Numbered from the stretch's first letter, positions 9,193-17,757 are shown. The stretch: DNA of 32,000 bases from Ignicoccus islandicus DSM 13165 (GCF_001481685.1 NZ_CP006867.1:1140001-1172000); one strand, 5' to 3'. A program made the numbers and translations. Notes: generated by a model from the sequence alone, not told the origin.

Positions 9193-10361
9193 TCCCGCTC
9201 GAGCTAGTAGCTGCCCGAGCTCTCTCTAGAGCTTTCAAAGGCTGGAACATGAAGGGATACTTAGAGAGAACTTACGCTAAACTGGGAATACCGGATAAGG
9301 CGAGGCCAGTAATTGTAGGGCTCATCGGGGGAACGGCGAGGAATTGGATGGTTTTATCTAAGGCATTGGGTATGCCTTACGACAAGCCTAGACCCTCAAC
9401 TAGTTACTGGCTCAACTTAGTACTAGCTTACCAAGCGCTCTTCCGGAGAGTTCCGGCAGATAGGCTTGAGTGGGCTTTCAAGAAGTTCCCTAGAGGGACC
9501 TATCTCGAACTCTTGAAAAGCGAACCGGAGGACTTCCTTCGAGACCTAACTGGCGAGGAAAGGGAAAGGGTACACCTTAGCGTTCCCAAGTGGGTCTGGG
9601 AGGAAGTAAAGAGGGTTAGCGATCCCAAGAGGTTCGTTGAAGCACTTGATAAGAGGAAGGGCTTTTGGGTTAGAGTGAGGGACCCTTCGATAATCCCTTA
9701 CCTTAGAAGGAAATTCCTAATAAGGGAAGGACCTTTTGAAGACTCACTGTACCTAGTTGGTCCAAAGAGAGATCTAATAAGAGAAAAACTTCACCCGAAT
9801 AAGGTTGTAATAATGGAGCTCGCATCAATGAGTATTGCCTACCTAGCTAAGGGTAAGAGGGTACTCGACTTAACCTCTGCACCCGGCGGAAAGGCCTTTC
9901 ACTTAAAAGATAAAGGCTTTCTCGTTATCGCCAATGATATAGATCCAACCCGCTTCTACTTTCCTGTAGAGAGAGTTGTTAGCGATGCGAGGTTTCCTCC
10001 GTTCATTAAGGCATTCGATACGATAATATTGGACCCGGACTGCAGTAGCATAGGGAGGCTGAATTCCCCCGAAACTCGAATACTCCTTCCCGTAGTCAAC
10101 AAAAGAAAGCTCAGTGCTTATCAAAGAGAATTGATAAAAGGAATGCTTAAATTAGTAAGAAAGGGAACTAGATTGGTATATTCCACTTGTACGGTAACGT
10201 ATGAAGAAAACGAGGCGCATTCCCCAGTTCTAGAAGAGGTAGCTGAACCAATAGATGTTGATATCGCCCTTCCTAGAGGAAGAAAAGGGTGGAGGCATTA
10301 CTTACCTGACGTTCACGAAACTATAGGATTTACCTTCGCCGTTTTCGAGGTCACCTCCTAG
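9156..10361 (+). CDS. NOL1/NOP2/Sun-family RNA (cytosine-5) methyltransferase with NusB-like N-terminal region
   Basis: Motif I 'VLDLTSAPGGKAFHL', motif IV-like 'IILDPDCSSIG', motif VI 'VYSTCTVTYEENE'. Confidence 0.87.
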   Translation: MDRKNSRGSSEIVPLELVAARALSRAFKGWNMKGYLERTYAKLGIPDKARPVIVGLIGGTARNWMVLSKALGMPYDKPRPSTSYWLNLVLAYQALFRRVPADRLEWAFKKFPRGTYLELLKSEPEDFLRDLTGEERERVHLSVPKWVWEEVKRVSDPKRFVEALDKRKGFWVRVRDPSIIPYLRRKFLIREGPFEDSLYLVGPKRDLIREKLHPNKVVIMELASMSIAYLAKGKRVLDLTSAPGGKAFHLKDKGFLVIANDIDPTRFYFPVERVVSDARFPPFIKAFDTIILDPDCSSIGRLNSPETRILLPVVNKRKLSAYQRELIKGMLKLVRKGTRLVYSTCTVTYEENEAHSPVLEEVAEPIDVDIALPRGRKGWRHYLPDVHETIGFTFAVFEVTS

Positions 10362-11124
10362 CCAGCGCTTCCACCACTTTGCCCAGCATGTCCGTTACCA
10401 ACTTCATCTGGGAGTTCAATCCCGCCATTCCCGCCTTCAATTCGTCGATCGATTGCTCTATGTCGTCCATCCTCTTGTTTAACCTCTCTTCCATGAGCTT
10501 CATCTCTTCCCGTAATTGATCGATCCTCCTATTGGTCTCATCTATCCTACCGTTTAGTTCGCTCCTAACGTCATCTATCCTCCTATTGAGCTCTTCCTTC
10601 ACCTCATCTATCCTCTTGTTTAACCTAGCTTCAACTTCTTCTATCCTCTTATTAGTTTCATCTAACCTCCTATTGGTCTCGTCTATTCTACTGCTTAGCT
10701 CACCTCTAACCTCATCTATCCTCTTGTTCAAGTCTCCCTTCAGTTCCTCAATCCTCATATTAGTTTCGTCTATCCTCCTGCCCAGCCTTTCTTCAACTTC
10801 CTCAATCTTCTTGTCCAGTCTCTTCTCTACCTCGTCAATTCTCTTGTTCAACCTCTCTTCAACTTCCTCTATTCTCTTATCAGTCTCATCAATCCTCTTC
10901 TCCAGCCTCTTCTCGACTTCCCTCAACTCCATCCTGTTGAGCTCCATTTGCTTGTACAAGCTATCGTAACTCACTTTGGTTTGATTAAGGACCATGAAGA
11001 GCAAAATGAAGTTCGCTTCGGAATCAGTAATGGGCTTGCCAGCTCTGAGCTTATCGAGTATTTCCGCGAACTTCTGGGAAGCGTACTGGAAGGCTAGGTC
11101 GAGCAGTTGATCGGGGAGGGACAA
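10351..11124 (-). CDS. Coiled-coil protein with 11-residue (hendecad) repeats
   Basis: 257 aa; residues ~60-230 are a near-continuous run of 'KRIDEVEERL'-type repeats with many hydrophobic positions spaced 11 apart (L92/L103/L114/I125; I96/I107/I118; I125/I136/I147). Confidence 0.85.
   Translation of the reverse strand: MSLPDQLLDLAFQYASQKFAEILDKLRAGKPITDSEANFILLFMVLNQTKVSYDSLYKQMELNRMELREVEKRLEKRIDETDKRIEEVEERLNKRIDEVEKRLDKKIEEVEERLGRRIDETNMRIEELKGDLNKRIDEVRGELSSRIDETNRRLDETNKRIEEVEARLNKRIDEVKEELNRRIDDVRSELNGRIDETNRRIDQLREEMKLMEERLNKRMDDIEQSIDELKAGMAGLNSQMKLVTDMLGKVVEALARR
10435..10947 (-). repeat. Degenerate coding tandem repeat (~33 bp period) encoding the coiled coil
   Basis: Recurrent 'ctcctattggtctcatctatcctc / ctcctcttgttcaacctctcttc' motifs on the + strand, corresponding to the protein repeats. 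Confidence 0.7.
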
Positions 11125-11225
11125 TCAATGTTCCCGAAGGGAGTTAATTGGGAGGGGAAGGTAAAAAGGTTGAGAGCGAGGTGAAAGTGGAGTACGAGGG
11201 TAGATCGTCTAGAAACATTACTGAA

Positions 11226-12056
11226 TCAGATGCTCGCTATTTCAACGTCGCCGAAGCCCGCAGCTCTCCCGCTACCTACGCCTAGGAGGGCAGCGTGTTT
11301 CAGGACGGTCTTAACTACGTCGTTGAGCTCTCGAACCCAAAATAGGGCCGTTCCGGACAAGGCTGGGAGCCACTTGCCCTCATATAGATACCAAACTTTG
11401 CCTATGCTATGGAGAGTGGAGTGATCTTCCACTAGTCCCCTCTCGAGCGCCTTTAGCGCTTCAAAATACTTTTCCCTAAAGATCGAATAAACGTTAACTG
11501 AGAATAGGTGCGAAGGCGATGGGAGGAAGCGGCTCCTTAGGGCTTCCCCGGGCTTGTGCCAAGGATCTCTTAGAACGACTGGGCCCCTCATTTTAACTAG
11601 GATCGCCTCCCCGAAGTCCTTAGGCAAGCTTACTTCCTCTACCTTATATGTTTCCATCTCCACTAGCGCGCCTTTAAACTTGAATTTACAATGCGAGAAT
11701 TCGTATAAGCTATCAATTAGAGCGGAAGGACCAGCTACTTCGAAGAACGTCTCCTCGGGAACTCTCACGAACTTCTTCCCTGAAGGTCTTCTATCCTTAC
11801 AGAACGAACACTTAACTAGAGCTTTCGGGTATATGGGAGTTCCGTTGGGCCCGAATAGGGGCGTTACGTGAACCTCCTTGAGTCCCCCCTCTTGGCTCAA
11901 CGGCTTCTCGAAGGATTCATTGACGCAAATTAAGTAGCTCTTAACAATTTTGCCGCTGAAATCGTCTAACTCCATTGGCGTGATCGATGCCTTAATTCTA
12001 ACTCGCTTGTACTTTTCGAAGAGCTCTTTCTCGATCGTTTCAACCAACTTCCTCAC
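11226..12056 (-). CDS. cas6: Cas6-like CRISPR endoribonuclease (RAMP superfamily), orphan
   Basis: 276 aa, GTG start. 'FSGKIVKSYLI', 'VHVTPLFGPNGTPIYP', and C-terminal Gly-rich loop 'LLGVGSGRAAGFGDVEI' match the crenarchaeal Cas6 pattern. Confidence 0.8.
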   Translation of the reverse strand: MRKLVETIEKELFEKYKRVRIKASITPMELDDFSGKIVKSYLICVNESFEKPLSQEGGLKEVHVTPLFGPNGTPIYPKALVKCSFCKDRRPSGKKFVRVPEETFFEVAGPSALIDSLYEFSHCKFKFKGALVEMETYKVEEVSLPKDFGEAILVKMRGPVVLRDPWHKPGEALRSRFLPSPSHLFSVNVYSIFREKYFEALKALERGLVEDHSTLHSIGKVWYLYEGKWLPALSGTALFWVRELNDVVKTVLKHAALLGVGSGRAAGFGDVEIASI

Positions 12057-12348
12057 CGAGTGCTCGGATCAGGTATTGGAGAATTCATTCGAAAATAGTA
12101 TTACAATAAGGAATATATTAAGAGAAAGTAGGCTGATGGCAACGGAAATAAAGAACGACGAATAAACTTTGAAGGCGAACTCTCTTACTTGGAACCAAGA
12201 TCGCTACCTTCCATAATTAGTTAATTGCTTCTAACTAAAAGGGAGTTCATAGAACGCAAACTACGCTTAACGCTTGAAATTCTAAATCAGTTATTTCGTA
12301 AATCGCTAACTCAAACCCTCTTCCAAACTATTTAATTTTCATCGATAG

Positions 12349-15036
12349 GTGGAGAGCAGAGGGCCGCTCAATTTGAGTGAGTACGAACTACAATTCTTTA
12401 AAGAGAATGGATTTAAGAGAAAGAAATGTAAGATGTGTGGAAACTACTTCTGGACTCTCGGCGATCACGAGGTTTGCGGAGACGCACCGTGTCAAGAATA
12501 CGAGTTCTTCGATGTGCCTGTCAAGAGACCTTTAAGTTTATATGAAGCTAGAATGGAATTCCTTAAGTTCTTTGAGGAACATGGTCACGCTATCATTGAA
12601 CCCAGACCAGTAGTTGCCAGATGGCGCGATGACTTATTCCTTACCATTGCCAGCATCGTGGTTTTCCAACCTCACGTGACCAGTGGGAAAGTTCCGCCTC
12701 CAGCGAACCCATTAGTCATTTCCCAGCCTTGCATCAGGCTCGAAGACATAGACAACGTTGGATTGACCTTAGGTAGGCACATGACCGGTTTCGAAATGGG
12801 GGGTCACCACGCCTTCAATTATCCAGATAGAGAAGTATATTGGAAGGAAGAGACGGTCAGACTAGCCTTTGAGTTCTTTACAGAAAGGTTGGGAATACCC
12901 CCCGAGCTGATAAACTTCAAGGAAAGCTGGTGGGAAGGAGGAGGTAACGCGGGGCCCTCCTTCGAGGTTACTGTAGCTGGTTTGGAGCTGGCAACGCTCG
13001 TATTCATGCAATACGAAGTAAAAGGAGAGAAGCAATACGTTCCAATGAACTTAAGGGTAGTTGATACGGGATACGGAATTGAGAGAATTGCGTGGTTCAC
13101 CCAGAAGACTCCAACGGCCTTCCACGCGATATATGGAGATATGGTAAGGGAATTCCATAAGCTCTTGGGAGTAGAAGAACCTCCTAACGAGTTACTTTAC
13201 GCGTTAGTCAGATCAGCTGGTCTCATGGATCCTGAAGTCCCGGAAACTATGGAGAGGGTGTATTCGAAGGCCTCTGAGAGAATTGGTATGAGCGTTAACG
13301 AGATCAAAGAAATACATAGGAAGGTGTCACTCGTATACCAAGTTCTAGATCATACAAGAACCTTAATTTGGATGTTAGGCGACGGTATAGTGCCGTCCAA
13401 TACTGGCGAAGGTTACTTAGCCAGGCTCGTCATAAGGAGAGCACTTAGGTCTCTTTGGAAACTAAATAGCGACGTTAGTTTAGTAGAGTTAGTTAGGCTT
13501 CAACTCAATTACTGGAAGAATCAATACCCAAGGGCGTGGAAGAACAAGGACTATATCTTAGACGTCATTGAATTCGAGGAGGAGAAGTTCAAGGACACTC
13601 TCAAGAAGGGAGAGAGAATGGTAGAGAGGTTATTGAAGAAAAAGAAATCGCTCAGTTTAGAGGACTTGATAGTTCTCTATGATAGTCATGGAATACCTCC
13701 GGAAGTGGTGGAGGACGTGGCGAAGAGAGTTGGCGTAGAGGTTCACGTACCACCTAATTTCTATTCGTTAGTTGCACAGAGACATCAGAAGGAGGTTAGG
13801 CGAGTAAAGAGCGCAGAGGAGAAAGCGAAACTGCCTCCAGATATAATAGAATGGGCGAGAAGCCTCCCGCCTACCAGAAGGCTCTTCCACGAGGACCCTT
13901 ACAAGAGGGAATTCGACGCTCGAGTCGTTGCGTTTAAGGATAAGTACTTGGTCTTAGATCAGACAGCCTTCTACCCTGAAGGTGGTGGACAACTCCACGA
14001 CGTTGGAGTAATAATGAAAGGCAATAGTAAGTTCGACGTAGTTAACGTACAGAAGGTAGGTGACGTAATAGTTCACGAACTTAAGGAACCGTATGATGGA
14101 AGCGAAGGCGATCTGGTAATTGGAAAGATCGATTGGATCAGGAGATACACCCTAATGCGTCATCACACTGGAACGCACGTAATGCTAGCTGCCATAAGGA
14201 AGGTCCTGGGCGATCACGTATGGCAAGCGGGCGCTGAGAAGACTCCCGAGAAGGCCAGACTCGACTTCACCCATCACAAACCCCTTACTAAGGAACAGAT
14301 AGAGTTAATAGAAAAAGAGGCAAATAGGGTAATAGACGAAAGGAGGAAGATAAGGGCCTTCACTTTACCGAGGAACGAAGCGGAATCCAAGTATTGGTTC
14401 ACAATTTATCAAGGAGGAATACCTCCAGACAAGGAGATAAGGCTCGTAGAGATAGAAGGTTGGGACATTCAAGCTTGCTTCGGAACCCATTTAAGTAATA
14501 CTGGGGAAATAGGTGCCTTAAAAATAATTAGTACGAGAAAGATCCAAGATGGGGTAGTAAGGGTTGAGTACGTTGCTGCTACCAGGGTGGCCGAGGAGGC
14601 CAGAAAGGCGGAGAACTTAATAGAAAGTTTGTCCGCCAAGTTGGGTGGCGACAAGGCATCTTTAATTAGTAGGCTCGAAAGTCTCCTAGAGAAGGAGAAA
14701 AAGGAAAGGGAGCTCCTAACTAAGTACAGGAAGCTACTGAAGGAGCTTTACTTAAATAAAGCGAAGGAACTAGGTAAGATTAAAGTAATCGAGTTAGACG
14801 TCAACGACAAAGAGCTCGCTCAAGAGATACTTAAAGAGCTTAGCGAAAGCGGCATAGCAGCTGTAATAATTGGTGAAACGGTCGAACTAGCGTCTAACTC
14901 GGACGTTGGCTTAGGCAAGCTCGTTAGAGAAATAGGAATCTGTCGTGGCGGCGGAAAGGGCACGAGAGCAACTGCTAGGTGTAACTCGCCCGAAGACGCT
15001 AAGAGGCTGGTTGAAGCGATCGCTAAGAGGCTTTGA
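12349..15036 (+). CDS. alaS: Alanyl-tRNA synthetase (archaeal type)
   Basis: 895 aa; 'KCKMCGNYFWTLGDHEVCGDAPCQEY', 'GRHMTGFEMGGHHAFNYP', 'DQTAFYPEGGGQLHD', 'RHHTGTHV', 'CFGTHLSNTGEIG', and C-terminal 'GGGKGTRATARC'. The true start may be the TTG at 12373. Confidence 0.98.
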   Translation: MESRGPLNLSEYELQFFKENGFKRKKCKMCGNYFWTLGDHEVCGDAPCQEYEFFDVPVKRPLSLYEARMEFLKFFEEHGHAIIEPRPVVARWRDDLFLTIASIVVFQPHVTSGKVPPPANPLVISQPCIRLEDIDNVGLTLGRHMTGFEMGGHHAFNYPDREVYWKEETVRLAFEFFTERLGIPPELINFKESWWEGGGNAGPSFEVTVAGLELATLVFMQYEVKGEKQYVPMNLRVVDTGYGIERIAWFTQKTPTAFHAIYGDMVREFHKLLGVEEPPNELLYALVRSAGLMDPEVPETMERVYSKASERIGMSVNEIKEIHRKVSLVYQVLDHTRTLIWMLGDGIVPSNTGEGYLARLVIRRALRSLWKLNSDVSLVELVRLQLNYWKNQYPRAWKNKDYILDVIEFEEEKFKDTLKKGERMVERLLKKKKSLSLEDLIVLYDSHGIPPEVVEDVAKRVGVEVHVPPNFYSLVAQRHQKEVRRVKSAEEKAKLPPDIIEWARSLPPTRRLFHEDPYKREFDARVVAFKDKYLVLDQTAFYPEGGGQLHDVGVIMKGNSKFDVVNVQKVGDVIVHELKEPYDGSEGDLVIGKIDWIRRYTLMRHHTGTHVMLAAIRKVLGDHVWQAGAEKTPEKARLDFTHHKPLTKEQIELIEKEANRVIDERRKIRAFTLPRNEAESKYWFTIYQGGIPPDKEIRLVEIEGWDIQACFGTHLSNTGEIGALKIISTRKIQDGVVRVEYVAATRVAEEARKAENLIESLSAKLGGDKASLISRLESLLEKEKKERELLTKYRKLLKELYLNKAKELGKIKVIELDVNDKELAQEILKELSESGIAAVIIGETVELASNSDVGLGKLVREIGICRGGGKGTRATARCNSPEDAKRLVEAIAKRL

Positions 15037-15457
15037 GAACCTCCAACACTTTTTCCTTGAGGTCCTTACACGGCGGTACGCATTCAACTACTATCATTTT
15101 CTCCAAGAGTTCTGGAGCGAACACTTGGATACCATCTATTAGAGCTGAAATGTCTAAGTACCCAGTTAACGTAGCTCTGGCCAGAGTAGCGAGTTCGTAG
15201 TAATCCCTTACCTCTTTAGGCTTGGGTTTATACACGTAAACGCCGGGTTCTTTTCTCGAAAGGGAAACACCGACGAGTACTATTTCCTCTGGGTTCGCTT
15301 CTTTTATTAGGTCAACCACCGTTGGAGCGTCTGCTGAAGCGTCAACTACCTTTACGCCCATTTCCTCGAGCTTATCTTTGAGCTCTACTTCAAATAGATT
15401 AAGGAGAGCATAGGATTGCTCGTGAAGAGAGCTAGCTATGAAAGCTAAGACCTTCAC
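15023..15457 (-). CDS. Small protein, weakly resembling hydrogenase maturation protease (HycI-like) fold
   Basis: 144 aa; 'EEIVLVGVSLSRKEPGVYVYKP' and 'MIVVECVPPC' vaguely match HycI segments. Family call is tentative. Confidence 0.4.
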   Translation of the reverse strand: MKVLAFIASSLHEQSYALLNLFEVELKDKLEEMGVKVVDASADAPTVVDLIKEANPEEIVLVGVSLSRKEPGVYVYKPKPKEVRDYYELATLARATLTGYLDISALIDGIQVFAPELLEKMIVVECVPPCKDLKEKVLEVLKAS

Positions 15458-15669
15458 TCCTCTTCCTCCAAAACGCGTTTCACTAACTCCCTCAAATCGC
15501 TTGATTTCTCAATACCTAGAGATCTAGCAATTTCTTCCAATAAGTCTTCTTCTCTATTTATTGAAGGTTCCCTAAAAGAGTAAATGTCCTTCAAAGTCTT
15601 CGCTGGATATACTAATTCCTCCACCACTTCCTCCAAACTTCTCCTTAACAAGTCGAAGAACATATCCAC
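15454..15669 (-). CDS. Small acidic helical protein, unknown function, coupled to the downstream ORF
   Basis: 71 aa, 4-nt overlap with 15023..15457 on the same strand. Confidence 0.5.
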   Translation of the reverse strand: MDMFFDLLRRSLEEVVEELVYPAKTLKDIYSFREPSINREEDLLEEIARSLGIEKSSDLRELVKRVLEEEE

Positions 15670-15717
15670 ACCAAGTTTGAACTTCGATTGATATACTACA
15701 AAAACGTTTCTCTATTT

Positions 15718-15951
15718 TTACCCCGTGAAATATGGGCTGTATCTGATTAGATCGGAAACCTTCTTGCTTAGTTCTCCTAATTGGGAAGCTAGTTCGTGAA
15801 CGTTGCTGCTTAGCTTAGTTATGTCATGACTCATTGCATCTATCCTTCCATTGATCGACACTGCGTATACTATTGTTAAGGTTAGAGCTATGGAAGCTAC
15901 GGCCAAGGCTAAGAGACCTATATCTGCTATACCTAACCTTATCCTTCTCAC
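15718..15951 (-). CDS. Small membrane protein with one N-terminal TM segment and an amphipathic helix
   Basis: 77 aa: 'IADIGLLALAVASIALTLTIVYAVS' followed by a heptad-like helix. Confidence 0.5.
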   Translation of the reverse strand: MRRIRLGIADIGLLALAVASIALTLTIVYAVSINGRIDAMSHDITKLSSNVHELASQLGELSKKVSDLIRYSPYFTG

Positions 15952-16027
15952 TCCAACTCCCCGTTAACGGGTATAGTCTCACGGAAGCCTAATAAATGGG
16001 TAAAGGGGGTCTACATCGAAAGGACTG

Positions 16028-16612
16028 TTATAAGTACCTCGCGCTCTTCCTTTTCAGCAAATACGATCTGGCTTTAGTTATTAATTCGAAGAGAGGGTCC
16101 TCGCTGAGGTTCACTGAGAACAACTTCGCTTCGCCATTGTTCCATATAAGCAACGAAGCGCTTCTACTTGGCCATAAGTTACCTCTCCTTTCGATCTTTA
16201 GCGCAGCTTGCAATACTGAGAAAACGGGGTCTTCATCTGCAGAGCAGGCGAGCTTCAAACTACCGCTCTTCAAACCGTTGCCAGCGTATACGACGTTGCC
16301 GCATTTCCCATGACCTTTTTCCTCAACGGTTCCGAATCCCGTAAAGGCATACCAATCACCATCTACGGAAATAGCCAAGGCTTGCCTATACGGCGCCTTT
16401 TTATCACTTAGGAGAACCTCCGTAATTGCTTCCTCTGGACCGTTTACTAATTTAAAAGCGATCTTTTCAGCTAGGCCCCTAGAGGAAAGCCCTTGGACTA
16501 TAGCTATTCCATATTTTGAGTACGCTACGGCCCTCTGGGCAATGTAAGGTCGCGGTGATATAGTTAAGGCAACTATTAGTCCGTCCTTGAATGACGCTAA
16601 CGTGTAAGTCGT
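16028..16612 (-). CDS. DUF1028-like (Ntn-hydrolase-like) protein, probable ACG start
   Basis: The track's TTG start at 16378 truncates the frame. Manual upstream translation is open: (M)TYTLASFKDGLIVALTISPRPYIAQRAVAYSKYGIAIVQGLSSRGLAEKIAFKLVNGPEEAITEVLLSDKKAPYRQALAISVDGDWYAFTGFGTVEEKGHGKCGNVVYAGNGLKSG..., consistent with the DUF1028 pattern. Perfect SD AGGAGGTG lies at 16627..16620 (minus), 7 nt before ACG. Confidence 0.65.
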   Translation of the reverse strand, partial: TTYTLASFKDGLIVALTISPRPYIAQRAVAYSKYGIAIVQGLSSRGLAEKIAFKLVNGPEEAITEVLLSDKKAPYRQALAISVDGDWYAFTGFGTVEEKGHGKCGNVVYAGNGLKSGSLKLACSADEDPVFSVLQAALKIERRGNLWPSRSASLLIWNNGEAKLFSVNLSEDPLFELITKARSYLLKRKSARYL

Positions 16613-16722
16613 CGCTGAACACCTCCTTAAAGTAATTAGGATACTATTCCTTCTGAACTGGGCCTCCTGTAAAGACTAGAACATGACCCCGGTATTATTT
16701 GAATTGTAAAAATGGGAGGAGG

Positions 16723-16740
16723 TGATTTTAAGTAAAATCA
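16723..16740. repeat. Perfect 18-bp inverted repeat (tgatttta-ag-taaaatca)
   Basis: 8-bp perfect arms overlapping the stop codon of 16738..17184. Confidence 0.6.
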
Positions 16741-17184
16741 GTTAGTTGCCCTTACCAATTTCTTAGCTTTAAGGGAAGCCTTTATCTTCTCCTCTAATTC
16801 AAGTGCGGTCTTCTTAATGATGTCTTGGTGTTTTACCGCTATGTGCGGTTCGGCGTGGTTAGTGTGAATGGGGGTGTGACAAATCTTACAATACCCCTCC
16901 TCCACTATTGGCTCGATTTCTAAGAGGAATGGCATTGCAAGCTTTAGGAGCTTAACTACTAGAGGGGGTCTGGCCTTGCTTACTAATTGGTAGGCGGCGC
17001 TCTTTAATTGAGCCTTTTGAACGTTGTACTTCTTGGAGGCCTCACTAGGAGATTCGTTATTTACTAAGTAATCGTAAAGGGCTTGGAGTACGTCCTTCCT
17101 GTTAGCCAGAGCTTTTAATGCCAGGTACTCCAGAACGGCCCTACGCTCCTCCACGAGCCTTTTCCTATTATCTGCGGTTTGCAT
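16738..17184 (-). CDS. Uncharacterised protein with C-terminal zinc-finger-like motif
   Basis: 148 aa; 'CKICHTPIHTNHAEPHIAVKH' Cys/His cluster; N-terminal helical region. Confidence 0.6.
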   Translation of the reverse strand: MQTADNRKRLVEERRAVLEYLALKALANRKDVLQALYDYLVNNESPSEASKKYNVQKAQLKSAAYQLVSKARPPLVVKLLKLAMPFLLEIEPIVEEGYCKICHTPIHTNHAEPHIAVKHQDIIKKTALELEEKIKASLKAKKLVRATN

Positions 17185-17259
17185 TGCGGTTCCCGTATTC
17201 TACTTCTGTCTTATCCCTAATAAACTCTTCACTTTCGTTGGATATTGGTTTAGCGCCTC

Positions 17260-17757
17260 TCACCTCACCGAAACTAAGACTAAAGTCTTTTTCGTATGGT
17301 CAAAATTAACGGTAAAAAATTTCGATGCTCTTATCCGGATCATTCCGCGGCATAGGTCCTTTATCATGTTTTCGGTGTCAAAAGGACGTCTAGTTCCAGG
17401 AACCCAGTAGGCTAAGGGAACGATTACCTTCCATGGCCCCTTCTTGGCTATCTCGCAAGCCTCGAAGGCACTTAGGTACCAGAAACCACCCATGGGTATT
17501 GCCAATACGTCAGCCGGGGGAAGCTCTGTAGGTCTAGCAATAGGTCCCGCATGTAGTACTTTAACTCCGTTCACGTGAACAACGTATCCTTTCCTGAGAC
17601 CCCTAACGCTAGGTATCCTTAGCTCTGAGAACTTGGGTTCGCATTTCCGAGCCGATATTAAGCAGTCTAGATGGGCGCAATTTATCTTTACTTCGCATTC
17701 CTCGCTTAGCAGCTCGAGACCCAGATCCCCTATCCTAGAGATCCGAAGACCCTTCAA
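17260..17757 (-). CDS. Degenerate metallo-beta-lactamase-fold-like protein
   Basis: 165 aa, TTG start overlapping the upstream stop; 'GVKVLHAGPIARPTELPPADVLAIPMGGFW' resembles the UlaG-like 'YHAGDT...DVALLPVGG' segment; no HxHxDH motif. Confidence 0.5.
   Translation of the reverse strand: MKGLRISRIGDLGLELLSEECEVKINCAHLDCLISARKCEPKFSELRIPSVRGLRKGYVVHVNGVKVLHAGPIARPTELPPADVLAIPMGGFWYLSAFEACEIAKKGPWKVIVPLAYWVPGTRRPFDTENMIKDLCRGMIRIRASKFFTVNFDHTKKTLVLVSVR

Noticed and set aside
10532-10969. 145-aa plus-strand ORF 'SSILLSSP...' repeats
   Set aside because: It is the antisense shadow of the repetitive coiled-coil coding sequence and has low-complexity composition.
11950-12165. 71-aa plus-strand ORF over the cas6 5' end
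   Set aside because: Mostly antisense to cas6 N-terminal codons with no family features; retained only as a remote possibility.
15996-16313. 105-aa plus-strand ORF
   Set aside because: Antisense to the DUF1028-like frame, which has family-like motifs.
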